64,000 bases of DNA from positions 149,226 through 213,225 of the forward strand of contig JBAZKE010000003.1 in assembly GCA_041650915.1 (NCBI GenBank), read 5' to 3'. Origin of the DNA: Patescibacteria group bacterium (GTDB lineage: Bacteria; Patescibacteriota; Patescibacteriia; UBA10025; JAHIVO01). A program made the translations under genes and the position numbers. Shown in pieces: positions 46,740 to 56,020 of this stretch. The notes under the pieces are model-generated. The model was not told the origin of the DNA. It did not search any database and saw nothing but the letters and a program-made list of their open reading frames with translations. The number at the start of each line of letters is the position of its first letter. The stretch's first letter is position 1.

Positions 46740-47375
46740 CTACGACTGGTAGTCGAATACGAGAACGTATTTCGCGATGTAGAACATCGCATCTTTCTCG
46801 ACAAACGGCATACCGCATTTGTCGGATACGACTGCATCGTAGGGCTGGCGGATAACCAGTTCACACGACATCGAGGACGGAACCGCGACTTCGAAAAATC
46901 GCTTACGATCCACGTTTCTCAAGTCTTGAAAAACGCGGACCCCGTTCTGATTTCCGCAGTACGATATTTGCGGAAATCCAGGATTGCCGTTTGCAACCTT
47001 CGGGAAGCTGATCTCGAAGGCCGCGTGCAATCCGGTCACCCAGATCGTGTCCATGTTAACCGTGTGTTTGATATTTTTGTATTGAAGCACGCGGTCTTTG
47101 CTTTTTTCCGGGAGATTTATGGTGTAGATCTTGCCATCCATCTCCATGCACTCCTCGAAGGGGTAGTACAGCTGGGAGGAGTTCGTTGAACCCCACCGCC
47201 AGTGGCGCGTAATGAGCAGATGATCATCCGCGCCAGGTGTACACGCCCGTTTGAAAAAAGCCAGGTCTCCGCCAACCTCACCGAGGTGAATGCTGGTGCA
47301 GCCCGATAGCAGCGATAAGCTGACTAAGCTGACAATGAAAAGAGCCAACAGAACCGACAGTTTCGTCTTCATCAC
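46740..47375 (-). CDS. hypothetical lipoprotein
   Basis: Signal peptide with lipobox LLSGC; 211 aa. Confidence 0.45.
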   Translation of the reverse strand: MMKTKLSVLLALFIVSLVSLSLLSGCTSIHLGEVGGDLAFFKRACTPGADDHLLITRHWRWGSTNSSQLYYPFEECMEMDGKIYTINLPEKSKDRVLQYKNIKHTVNMDTIWVTGLHAAFEISFPKVANGNPGFPQISYCGNQNGVRVFQDLRNVDRKRFFEVAVPSSMSCELVIRQPYDAVVSDKCGMPFVEKDAMFYIAKYVLVFDYQS

Positions 47376-47541
47376 TCTCTCCTCGAGTATATTGATTTCT
47401 ACTATTTTCCATTTACGAACAAGCCTACCATACTACCACCAGTATTATGTTTTGTCAAGGGTAGTTGTGCACATACCGAAAACCTTGATTTTTCTCGGAA
47501 AATGTGATATAATTGAAAAAGTTACAATTGCATTTTTTACT

Positions 47542-48123
47542 ATGGCGCAAGGTCCGGACACCAATATTAAAAAAGGAGCTGAACAGGAGCCGGGGGGGAT
47601 TGAAGATATTTTTGATTTGGCAAAGGAGGCAAAGCCGCCCGTCCCAGAAACAACCCCTGAGCAGCCCACAGCGAGGGAGGTTACCCGGGAAACGCCGGTT
47701 GAAGCGGCGCGTGAAGCAAGGCCGGAAGCGATTCCGGAGCAGGAGCCGGCAGCAGAATCAGAGGATGCCCGCCTGAAGTATGCTCCGCCTCCGGCAGCGG
47801 CTGCAACACCGGCAGCGGCGCCTGCCGCCAAGAGCGAAGAGCTGCGGAAGATCGAGACCGTGCTGTCAGAGCACCTCGACGAGCTTTTTCTGCAGATGAC
47901 GCCGGAGCAGCAAATTGCATTCCAGCAAAAGGGGGAAGAGACGGCGTCGAAGATCGAGAAGCTCATGCAGAGCGCGAAGGTGAAGGTGAGAGAGATCCTT
48001 TCGCTGATCAGGGACTGGCTGAAAATTATCCCCGGCGTTAATAAGTTTTTCATCGAGCAGGAAGCAAAAATCAAGACCGACCGCCTGCTTGCGTTCCACG
48101 AACAGAAACACAGAGAAAAATAA
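47542..48123 (+). CDS. hypothetical protein with Pro/Ala/Glu-rich low-complexity N-half
   Basis: Start placed at MAQGPD (47542), 25-30 nt downstream of an extended -10 TGTGATATAAT. The conserved-looking C-terminal ~90 aa is helical. Directly upstream of the VirD4-like gene. Confidence 0.4.
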   Translation: MAQGPDTNIKKGAEQEPGGIEDIFDLAKEAKPPVPETTPEQPTAREVTRETPVEAAREARPEAIPEQEPAAESEDARLKYAPPPAAAATPAAAPAAKSEELRKIETVLSEHLDELFLQMTPEQQIAFQQKGEETASKIEKLMQSAKVKVREILSLIRDWLKIIPGVNKFFIEQEAKIKTDRLLAFHEQKHREK

Positions 48124-48147
48124 TTTTTACATTACCCTCTCGTTTTC

Positions 48148-50688
48148 ATGGAAACACCAAGCGTTGACATCGTTGGCCCGCTCAAGGATATGTTCATGAA
48201 CCTGCTCGAGAACCCGTCCTTCCCGGTCATACTCGTCGGTATTTCGGTGCTCGTTGTAATTTTCGCGGGCATTTTTATTTTTGGAAAGTTTTTGCGCAGC
48301 GAGAAATCGCTGCCGCCCGCGCTCCGCAAGACCGTGCTGCTCGTGACCGTGCCGAAAGAGTCCGAGATCAAGGATGAGGAGGGGCAGCGGCAGCGGACGG
48401 TGGCTGAGATGCTCGCCGAAGCTGAGGCGTGGTTTACGGCGATCGCAGGCATGCGCGCACAGCGCGGGCTCGGCGTGGTGGTCACGGGGCGGTACGACCA
48501 CTTTTCACTGGAAATCGTCGCGCACGACGGGCTCATCTCGTTCTACATCGTCTGCCCAAACTACCTGCGTCCGTACATGGAGCAGCACATCCATGCCCAG
48601 TATCCCCGTGCGCAGATCGAAGAAGTGCCCGCGTACAATATTTTCAAGCCGACGAGCACGGTGCTCGCAGCCGGACTAAAGTCGAAGAAACCGTACATTT
48701 TTCCGATCCGAACGTTCAAGCAGCTTGACGTCGATCCGCTCAACGCGCTCACAAACATACTGTCAAAGCTCGCTGACGACGAAGCTGCAGCGATCCAGTA
48801 CGTCGTCCGCTCGGCGAAAGCGGAGTGGCATACCTGGGGTGCGCGGGTCGCGCAGGAGATGCACCGCGGCAAGACGCTCAGGGACGCGATGGGCGGCCAC
48901 GGGCTCGGCGGATTCCTCATGGAGCTCGTGCGGACGTTTTTTCCGAAAAAGGACAAGCCGATCGACGAGAACCGGATACTGTCGCCGCGCGAGCAGGAGG
49001 TTGCCAAAAGCCTCGAGGAGAAGACGTCGAAGCCGGGCATGGATGTCAACGTACGCGTGGTCGTTTCCGCACAGACCGGTGAACGGGCAAAAGCTTACCT
49101 CGATAATATCATTGATTCTTTTGCCCAGTATACGCTGCACGAGTATGGGAACGGATTCGTCCGCCGGGACCCGTTTAAGAAAGATGAGTTCATCAATGAT
49201 TTCATATACCGGAGGCTTGTGAAGCGCGGCAAGCTCATCTTGAACACCGAGGAGCTGACGAGCATTTTTCACTTTCCGCTGCCGACGACCGAGACGCCGA
49301 ATATCAGATGGCTGCAGTCCCGCAAGGCGTCACCGCCAACCAACATTCCTGCAGAGGGGCTCGTGCTCGGAAGGAGCATCTACCGCGGCGAGGAGACGGT
49401 CATCAGGATCAAGCGGCAAGACCGCCAGCGGCACGTGTACACGATCGGCAAATCCGGCGTCGGCAAGTCGGTGCTGCTCTCAAACATGATCGTTCAGGAT
49501 ATCTATAACGGGGAGGGGGTTGCGGTTGTCGATCCGCACGGCGACCTCATTGACGACGTGTTGCAGCACGTGCCGAAGGAGCGGGCGGAAGATATCGTGT
49601 ACTTCAATCCGTCAGACCAGGAGTTCCCGGTCGGGCTCAATATGCTCGAGGCGAAGACGCCCGAGGAAAAGGATTTCGCGGTGCAGGAAATGATCGCGAT
49701 CTTCTATAAGCTGTTTCCGCCGGAAATGATCGGCCCGATGTTCGAACACAACATGCGCAATGTCATGCTCACCCTCATGGAGGATACGGAGTACCCAGGG
49801 ACGATCGCCGAGATACCGCGGATGTTCACCGATCCGGCATTCCAGAAGTACAAGCTCTCGAAGGTGAAGGACCCGATCATCCGTTCGTTCTGGGAAAAGG
49901 AGATGGCGAAGACGTCCGACTTCCACAAGTCGGAGATGCTCGGGTACCTCATCTCAAAGGTAGGGCGGTTCGTCGAGAATAGCATGATGCGCAACATTAT
50001 CGGGCAGGCGCGGTCGGGATTCGATTTCGATGATATCATGAACAACAGGAAAATCCTTCTCGTCAACCTCGCGAAGGGCACGACCGGTGAGGTCAACAGC
50101 AATCTGCTCGGCCTCATTATCGTTTCGAAACTGCAGATGGCCGCCATGAAGCGCGTTACCGTTCCGGAGGAGCAGCGCAACGATTTCTACCTGTACATTG
50201 ACGAGTTCCAGAATTTCGTGACCGACAGCATCGCGACGATCCTTTCTGAGGCGCGGAAGTACCGCCTCAACTTGACGATGGCGCACCAGTACATCGGGCA
50301 GCTCGTGCGGGATAACAACGACACGAAGATACGCGATGCGGTGTTCGGCAACGCCGGCACGCTTATCGCATTCCGCGTGGGCGTCGAGGATGCCGAGACG
50401 CTCGCTCAGGAGTTCGAGCCGGTCTTCAATGAGTACGATGTCATCAACGTGGATATGTATACCGCCAATGTCAAGCTCCTGATCGACAATACGTCATCAA
50501 AGCCTTTCAACATGCAGACGTACCCGCCGCAGCCGGGAAATCCTGAAATGGCGCGTTATCTTGTCGAGCTCTCACGCCGGAAGTACGGCCGGGCACGCCA
50601 GGACGTGGAAGCGGAGATTCTCAAGAAGTCAAAGCTTGGCGAACCGGCGGCAGCACAGAGCACGCCCGTTGGGGAGCGGAGCAGGTAG
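48148..50688 (+). CDS. VirD4/TraG/TraD-like type IV coupling-protein-family P-loop ATPase
   Basis: 846 aa. N-terminal TM helix. Walker A YTIGKSGVGKSVLL. C-terminal block LYIDEFQNFVTDSIATILSEARKYRLNLTMAHQYIGQLV...FGNAGTLIAFRV follows the TraG-D_C pattern (DEF...RKyG...Q...QL...GN..T.I.FR). Confidence 0.55.
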   Translation: METPSVDIVGPLKDMFMNLLENPSFPVILVGISVLVVIFAGIFIFGKFLRSEKSLPPALRKTVLLVTVPKESEIKDEEGQRQRTVAEMLAEAEAWFTAIAGMRAQRGLGVVVTGRYDHFSLEIVAHDGLISFYIVCPNYLRPYMEQHIHAQYPRAQIEEVPAYNIFKPTSTVLAAGLKSKKPYIFPIRTFKQLDVDPLNALTNILSKLADDEAAAIQYVVRSAKAEWHTWGARVAQEMHRGKTLRDAMGGHGLGGFLMELVRTFFPKKDKPIDENRILSPREQEVAKSLEEKTSKPGMDVNVRVVVSAQTGERAKAYLDNIIDSFAQYTLHEYGNGFVRRDPFKKDEFINDFIYRRLVKRGKLILNTEELTSIFHFPLPTTETPNIRWLQSRKASPPTNIPAEGLVLGRSIYRGEETVIRIKRQDRQRHVYTIGKSGVGKSVLLSNMIVQDIYNGEGVAVVDPHGDLIDDVLQHVPKERAEDIVYFNPSDQEFPVGLNMLEAKTPEEKDFAVQEMIAIFYKLFPPEMIGPMFEHNMRNVMLTLMEDTEYPGTIAEIPRMFTDPAFQKYKLSKVKDPIIRSFWEKEMAKTSDFHKSEMLGYLISKVGRFVENSMMRNIIGQARSGFDFDDIMNNRKILLVNLAKGTTGEVNSNLLGLIIVSKLQMAAMKRVTVPEEQRNDFYLYIDEFQNFVTDSIATILSEARKYRLNLTMAHQYIGQLVRDNNDTKIRDAVFGNAGTLIAFRVGVEDAETLAQEFEPVFNEYDVINVDMYTANVKLLIDNTSSKPFNMQTYPPQPGNPEMARYLVELSRRKYGRARQDVEAEILKKSKLGEPAAAQSTPVGERSR

Positions 50689-50874
50689 AGTTTTGAATGA
50701 AATAGCTGTATACTACCATTATGCAGAGTGTTCAAATCGATGTAGCAACAAAAGTCAGCCTTGCGGAAAAAGCCGCGGTCGCGCTCATGATGTACGGCGC
50801 GGTTGCCCTCGGCGTAGGCATCGTGGCAGGGATGGGCGCGTAGTACTGGCCGCTAATACGTATCGCGATATCTT

Positions 50875-53800
50875 ATGGCAAGAATCGGTACCGTATTATT
50901 CTGTGCACTATCGTGCGTAAGCTCGATTTTTTTTATCGCGCCAGAGGCGCGTGCGGCAACCAGCGTGGGTGCGTGCGGAGACCTTACCGCGGCGAATGAA
51001 ACATATGTGCTTTCGCAGAATGTATCGAGCGATAAGACCTGCTTTACTATACGGAATAACGGCATAACGCTGGACCTCAACGGCCATACGGTCACGTATG
51101 GAAACTACTCGGCGGTTACGGTTCCGAATGCGGATTTTGAAACCGGCAGCGGCACGGCACCAGACAGCTGGAGCCTGTCAAACGCACCCGACGCCGAGCG
51201 GTTCGCCGGTACGTACGTACAGCCCGTGACGCTCTATTCGGGCGATTACGGCATGCGCTTCGTTAACCCGTCGAGCGCGCAGTACATCCGTTCGAATTCG
51301 CAAATCACGTTCAGCGCGAATACAACTTACGCGTTGACTGCGATGGTATACAACCGCGTCAGCGATGATATCACCATGTACGTGGAGCTGGAAGGCACGG
51401 ACTACCGCGCTGAGCAGGAGAGCCGTACGTGGCGCGGCTTTCAGCTCATTACGCATATTTTTCGTCCGACCTCAGACGTGACGGCCTACGTGCGTGCAGG
51501 CATCGAGGGTACGGGTCTTGCGGGCGACGGGACGGTATACATTGATGACATCAAGCTGCAGTCAGCGTATTATCACGGGGTAGCGCTGCCGACATACTGG
51601 GAAGAAAGCCGCGTGGAGTACAATTACTATCCTGATGTCAACTTGAATCTTTCGGGAACTTCGCCGCAAAATATTACGATCAAGAACGGCACGATTACCC
51701 AGGGATCCGGCAACGGCTACTTCAGCAACGACATCCAGGTGTCGGGCGGTTCCGGCATCACCATTGAGGATATCACCGCGACTGTGCACGGCATGCAGTC
51801 GTCGAATATCTATGGGTACTGGGGCAATGCCTATACGGTGCACGGCTGTACCCTGACGAGCAACGTGCAGACAATCGTGAGCCGCGATAACAACCACGGC
51901 AGCATGCTCATTATCGCCCGGAGCACCGGGGGCAATGTCATTTACGACAACGCATTTTACAACGGCCCCCAGGATGCGATCTACATCAGCGATTCGAATG
52001 ACGCTTCTGAAGGCGGCTCTGAAATATACGGCAATACGTTCCAGCTGAAGACAAGGTACACGAATAGCTTTGCTGTCGAGAACGGCGGGCGGAATGCGGA
52101 CGTGCACGATAATATCATTTTAAATACGGGAGACTATTGGGGGCGGGGCTTCCATATCCTTAATAGCGGCGAGTACTACAATAACTACATAGAATTTGAA
52201 GACCAGCCGGTGGTCCAGGAATACGACGGGTGCATACCGGCGTCTTTCGGCGTGCAGCTCGAAGGTGAAGCGGATGGCGCGAGTGATATTCATTTGTATA
52301 ATAATACGATTATCGCGCATACGGACGCAGGCGGCTGTTCGGCCGCAGCGCTTCGGTTTTCCGCCGCGGGCACCGGAAACGTGATCGACGGCAACACCCT
52401 GACCGCGGTCGCGGGAACGGGCGCCACGGAGCGCGTCTATGCGCTCAGCTTTACGGGCGGCGACCAGTCCGGATCCCCGATAACCAACAATACGATCACG
52501 AGCAATTCAAGCTGGATTTATTTTTATTACTGGGGGGATGAAGCTGCGCAGAACGTTTACGCCAAGGATAACACGTTCGCGCTCGGCGATAATCTGATCG
52601 ATTTCATACCGCTGTACGGCGCGAATACGGCCGGCAACACGTTTGTGAACAATGCATACGGGAGTGCCAATGCTCAGTCCCAGTTTGAGTCCGCTGATAT
52701 ACAGATGTACGGCAGCCCGGATGAAAATTCAAGCTTCTCAGTGCAGTGGGCGTATGACCCAGTCGTGCGGGATGCCGGTAATAATCCGATTTCAGGCGCG
52801 GCAGTCACTATAACGCGCAATGGCGCAGCGGTCTTCATCGGCACGACGGGGGCAGACGGTACGCTCGCGAATCCACCCGGGTTGACTGAGTTTGTTAATG
52901 CGGGCGGCAGCGTAACAACGTACGGATCCTACACGGTATCGATCGGCAAGAGCGGGTACTCAAGCTACTTGGATACCGTTGATCCGGCTGCTCCGATGAG
53001 CGTGGTCATAGCGCTGACTCCAACCGGCGATTCCGAACCAGCCACCTGCCTTGAGAGCTGGTCTTGCACTGAGTGGGCGGCGTGCAGCGGCGGCACAAGC
53101 ACCCGCACTTGTACGGATCTCAACAGTTGCGGCACAACAAATGACAAGCCCGCGGAAACGGCCGCGTGCCAGATGTCGCCGGGCTGCATTGAAGACTGGC
53201 TGTGTACGGCATGGAGCCCGTGCGCGGGCGGCGAGCAGATACGAGCGTGCGTTGACCGGAGCAGCTGCGGCACGCATGAGGATAAGCCCGCAGAAACATT
53301 CGATTGTTCCGGCGGGGCGGTACCATCAGACGACGATATCGCGCCTAATACACAGATTATTTCCGGTCCCGCCGGTACGATCAGTAGCCGGACTGCCGGT
53401 TTCCGCTGGATCGGCGTCGATGACCAGACGGATGCATCGGATTTGGTTTTTTCTTACCGGCTCGATTCCAATGACTGGTCAGCGTGGAGCACAGCAACGT
53501 CAGTAGACCTGCGGAAAATCAGGAACGGGGAGCATACGTTTTCGGTGCGCGCACGCGATTTGGCCGGTAACGTAGACGCTTCGCCTGCATCGGTATCGTT
53601 TTCCGTCGAGAAGCTCGCGTACATTGCGGCGGCGCCCGGTGAGGGCGGCGGTCCGCAGGTCAGGGTTTTTGACCACCAGGGAAACCTCGTCACCCAGTTT
53701 TTCGCGTTTGAGCAGGAGTTCCGTGGGGGCGTTGCCATCGCTTTTGCTGATCTTGGCGGTGACGGGATCGAGGAGATCATCGTGGGTGCCGGCTACGGCC

Positions 53801-54561
53801 GTGCGCCCGAGGTGAGGATATTCCGGCAGGATGGGACGTTCATCAATTCTTTTATGGCGTACGCGGATACGTTCCGGGGCGGCGTCTCTGTCGGCGCGGG
53901 TGATTTTGACGCTGACGGCATTGAGGAGGCGGTCACCGCGCCCCTGTCCGGAGGCGGACCGAACGTCCGGATTTTCGGCTACCGCAACGGGTCTTTCGTT
54001 CCGATCGTAGAAAATTTTATGGCATACCCGGACACGTTTAGGGGAGGATTGTCTTTGGCCGTGTCAGATGTAGAGGGAGATGGCATCGATGAAATTATCA
54101 CCGTTCCACTCACCGCGGGCGGCCCGCACGTGCGCATGTTCGGCATTCGGGATGGCAGGTTCCGGCCGGTTACGCTCGGGTACATGGCGTACGCGGATAC
54201 GTTCCGGGGCGGCGTTAGCCTGGCGAGCGGCAACTTCAACGAGGATGCCCCTGAGGAGGTTATAACCGGAGTCGCATCCGGCGGCGGCCCGCACGTGCGC
54301 ATGTTTGGTAGAACCAGATACGGGATTATCGGGCTCGTGCATCCGGGATTTTTTGCATTCATGCCGCAGTTCCGGGGCGGCGTCAGCCTGGCGGCGGCTG
54401 ATTTTGATTCCGACGGGATCGACGAAATCGTCTCTGCGGTGCGGAGCGGCAGCGATCCGCTCGTGCGCGTGCACCGGGCGGACGGCAGTTCCATCGTTTC
54501 AGAGTTTTACGCTTTTCCCCGGACATTCCGCCGCGGAATACGCATCGCCACCGGCGGATAG
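50875..54561 (+). CDS. giant secreted protein: right-handed beta-helix with jelly-roll insertion, two Cys-rich ~40-aa modules, Fn3/Ig-like domain and a C-terminal FG-GAP/VCBS-type repeat beta-propeller
   Basis: 1228 aa. Signal peptide (ALSCVSSIFFIAPEARA). NN(T/G)I repeats of parallel beta-helix. Duplicated module CLESWSCTEWAACSGGTSTRTCTDLNSCGTTNDKPAETAAC / CIEDWLCTAWSPCAGGEQIRACVDRSSCGTHEDKPAETFDC. Seven repeats of the form GDGIDEII...GGGPHVRMFG. Confidence 0.6.
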   Translation: MARIGTVLFCALSCVSSIFFIAPEARAATSVGACGDLTAANETYVLSQNVSSDKTCFTIRNNGITLDLNGHTVTYGNYSAVTVPNADFETGSGTAPDSWSLSNAPDAERFAGTYVQPVTLYSGDYGMRFVNPSSAQYIRSNSQITFSANTTYALTAMVYNRVSDDITMYVELEGTDYRAEQESRTWRGFQLITHIFRPTSDVTAYVRAGIEGTGLAGDGTVYIDDIKLQSAYYHGVALPTYWEESRVEYNYYPDVNLNLSGTSPQNITIKNGTITQGSGNGYFSNDIQVSGGSGITIEDITATVHGMQSSNIYGYWGNAYTVHGCTLTSNVQTIVSRDNNHGSMLIIARSTGGNVIYDNAFYNGPQDAIYISDSNDASEGGSEIYGNTFQLKTRYTNSFAVENGGRNADVHDNIILNTGDYWGRGFHILNSGEYYNNYIEFEDQPVVQEYDGCIPASFGVQLEGEADGASDIHLYNNTIIAHTDAGGCSAAALRFSAAGTGNVIDGNTLTAVAGTGATERVYALSFTGGDQSGSPITNNTITSNSSWIYFYYWGDEAAQNVYAKDNTFALGDNLIDFIPLYGANTAGNTFVNNAYGSANAQSQFESADIQMYGSPDENSSFSVQWAYDPVVRDAGNNPISGAAVTITRNGAAVFIGTTGADGTLANPPGLTEFVNAGGSVTTYGSYTVSIGKSGYSSYLDTVDPAAPMSVVIALTPTGDSEPATCLESWSCTEWAACSGGTSTRTCTDLNSCGTTNDKPAETAACQMSPGCIEDWLCTAWSPCAGGEQIRACVDRSSCGTHEDKPAETFDCSGGAVPSDDDIAPNTQIISGPAGTISSRTAGFRWIGVDDQTDASDLVFSYRLDSNDWSAWSTATSVDLRKIRNGEHTFSVRARDLAGNVDASPASVSFSVEKLAYIAAAPGEGGGPQVRVFDHQGNLVTQFFAFEQEFRGGVAIAFADLGGDGIEEIIVGAGYGRAPEVRIFRQDGTFINSFMAYADTFRGGVSVGAGDFDADGIEEAVTAPLSGGGPNVRIFGYRNGSFVPIVENFMAYPDTFRGGLSLAVSDVEGDGIDEIITVPLTAGGPHVRMFGIRDGRFRPVTLGYMAYADTFRGGVSLASGNFNEDAPEEVITGVASGGGPHVRMFGRTRYGIIGLVHPGFFAFMPQFRGGVSLAAADFDSDGIDEIVSAVRSGSDPLVRVHRADGSSIVSEFYAFPRTFRRGIRIATGG

Positions 54562-54593
54562 ACAACCCACAATAAAAGATATATGATGCCTCT

Positions 54594-55133
54594 ATGCTAG
54601 ACATGGGTATATACGTATTTTTGCTACTTGCTATTCTGCTCGTATTCGGTTCGGCGGCGTATGCAGGCTTGCGCGCGGCTCCGTGGCTGCCGGTATTCAA
54701 GCGTGATATCGCCCGTATTGTGGCGCTCGCGGGGGTCCGCGAGGGTGAGGTAGCGTACGATCTCGGCTCAGGTGACGGGAGGGTGCTGATCGCGCTTGCT
54801 AATAACACGAAAGCCCGCCTCCTCGTCGGATATGAGATTTCTTTTTTACTGTACGTCTGGTCAGTGATCCGCGTGCGGTTTCTCGGCTTTCGGAAGCGCA
54901 TCGAGGTTCGGTACGGAGATTTCTTGACGCGTGATCTGAGCCAGGCAGATGTCATTTTTTGTTTCCTCACCCCGATGGCGATGAAGAAGCTCGATCCGAA
55001 ATTCAGGGGCGAGTTGAGGCCGGGCACGAGAATCATTTCATACAGTTTTTCTCTGCCGGGATGGGAGCCCGAGGCCGTTGATCGCGTCGGGGAGAAATCG
55101 ATTCCGATTTTCAAGTACCGTATTGACGGCTGA
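54594..55133 (+). CDS. membrane-anchored class I SAM-dependent methyltransferase-like protein
   Basis: 179 aa. N-terminal TM helix and motif I VAYDLGSGDGRVLIALA. Confidence 0.45.
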   Translation: MLDMGIYVFLLLAILLVFGSAAYAGLRAAPWLPVFKRDIARIVALAGVREGEVAYDLGSGDGRVLIALANNTKARLLVGYEISFLLYVWSVIRVRFLGFRKRIEVRYGDFLTRDLSQADVIFCFLTPMAMKKLDPKFRGELRPGTRIISYSFSLPGWEPEAVDRVGEKSIPIFKYRIDG

Positions 55134-55282
55134 CCGAGATTTCGTTACACTGAAAGCAGCATGAAAATCAATACAAACGGTTAAAGCGCAAACGGAGAAA
55201 AACAACGCAAAAATCAGAAATACATAGCCAATAAAAAAACAAAAGGGCAGCAAAAAAAATATGAAAAAGGAAACCAAAAAGT

Positions 55283-55939
55283 ATGCCAAATCAAAATAAA
55301 CTAGACCAGATCCGGAAACTTCTCGACACCGCACACGTCTCACTCGAGAGCGCGCGGCAGCTTTTGGTTCAGGTCGTCGGCAAGAATGATACTGAGGCGC
55401 TTGAGGTCGCGAGCAGGGCGAAAGAGGTTGGCAGTGAATCGGTACAAGGAACGGAAAAAATCATCGAAGGAATCTTCGATGGCCAACACATGGTCGGCCC
55501 GGACGGCAAGCAGTACAGCGTACCGGCCAATTACGCTTCAAAGTCAAAGCTTGTCGTCGGCGATACGCTCAAGCTCACGATTAAGGACGACGGGTCATTT
55601 CTCTACAAGCAGATTGGCCCCATTGAGCGCGGACGGCTCGTCGGACTGCTTACCCGCGATGAGACGACGGATGAATACCGCGTTGTAGTCGGTGACCGTT
55701 CGTATAAAGTACTGCTCGCGAGTATTACGTACTTCCGCGGCGAAGCGGGCGATGAGGTTGTCATCCTCGTCCCGAAGGACCGTGAAACTGAGTGGGCGGC
55801 CGTTGAGAATATCATCAAAGCGGCAGGAGGTGCCGGTGAGCAGCCTGCGGCAGGGGGAGTGCCCACGGTGCAGATTGCCGCGGACCAGGCAACGGAACAG
55901 CCGGCTGGGCAGGTTGAGGATATCGAGGAGCTGAGCTAG
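55283..55939 (+). CDS. hypothetical protein
   Basis: 218 aa; no motif recognised. Confidence 0.4.
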   Translation: MPNQNKLDQIRKLLDTAHVSLESARQLLVQVVGKNDTEALEVASRAKEVGSESVQGTEKIIEGIFDGQHMVGPDGKQYSVPANYASKSKLVVGDTLKLTIKDDGSFLYKQIGPIERGRLVGLLTRDETTDEYRVVVGDRSYKVLLASITYFRGEAGDEVVILVPKDRETEWAAVENIIKAAGGAGEQPAAGGVPTVQIAADQATEQPAGQVEDIEELS

Positions 55940-56020
55940 CGGAGGAGCCATTTGCTAAATTGAATCGGCTGTTATACAATCTATACACGAGTGTGATACT
56001 TTTTTTGTGTATAGCTTCAT

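Noticed and set aside
48374-49222. Arg-rich alternative-frame ORFs inside the VirD4-like gene and inside the 1228-aa gene (e.g. 48374..48679, 48725..49222, 53051..53506)
   Set aside because: They are embedded in long ORFs with clear P-loop and repeat-domain signals, and their Arg/Ala/Ser-rich low-complexity translations are characteristic of off-frame GC-rich sequence.
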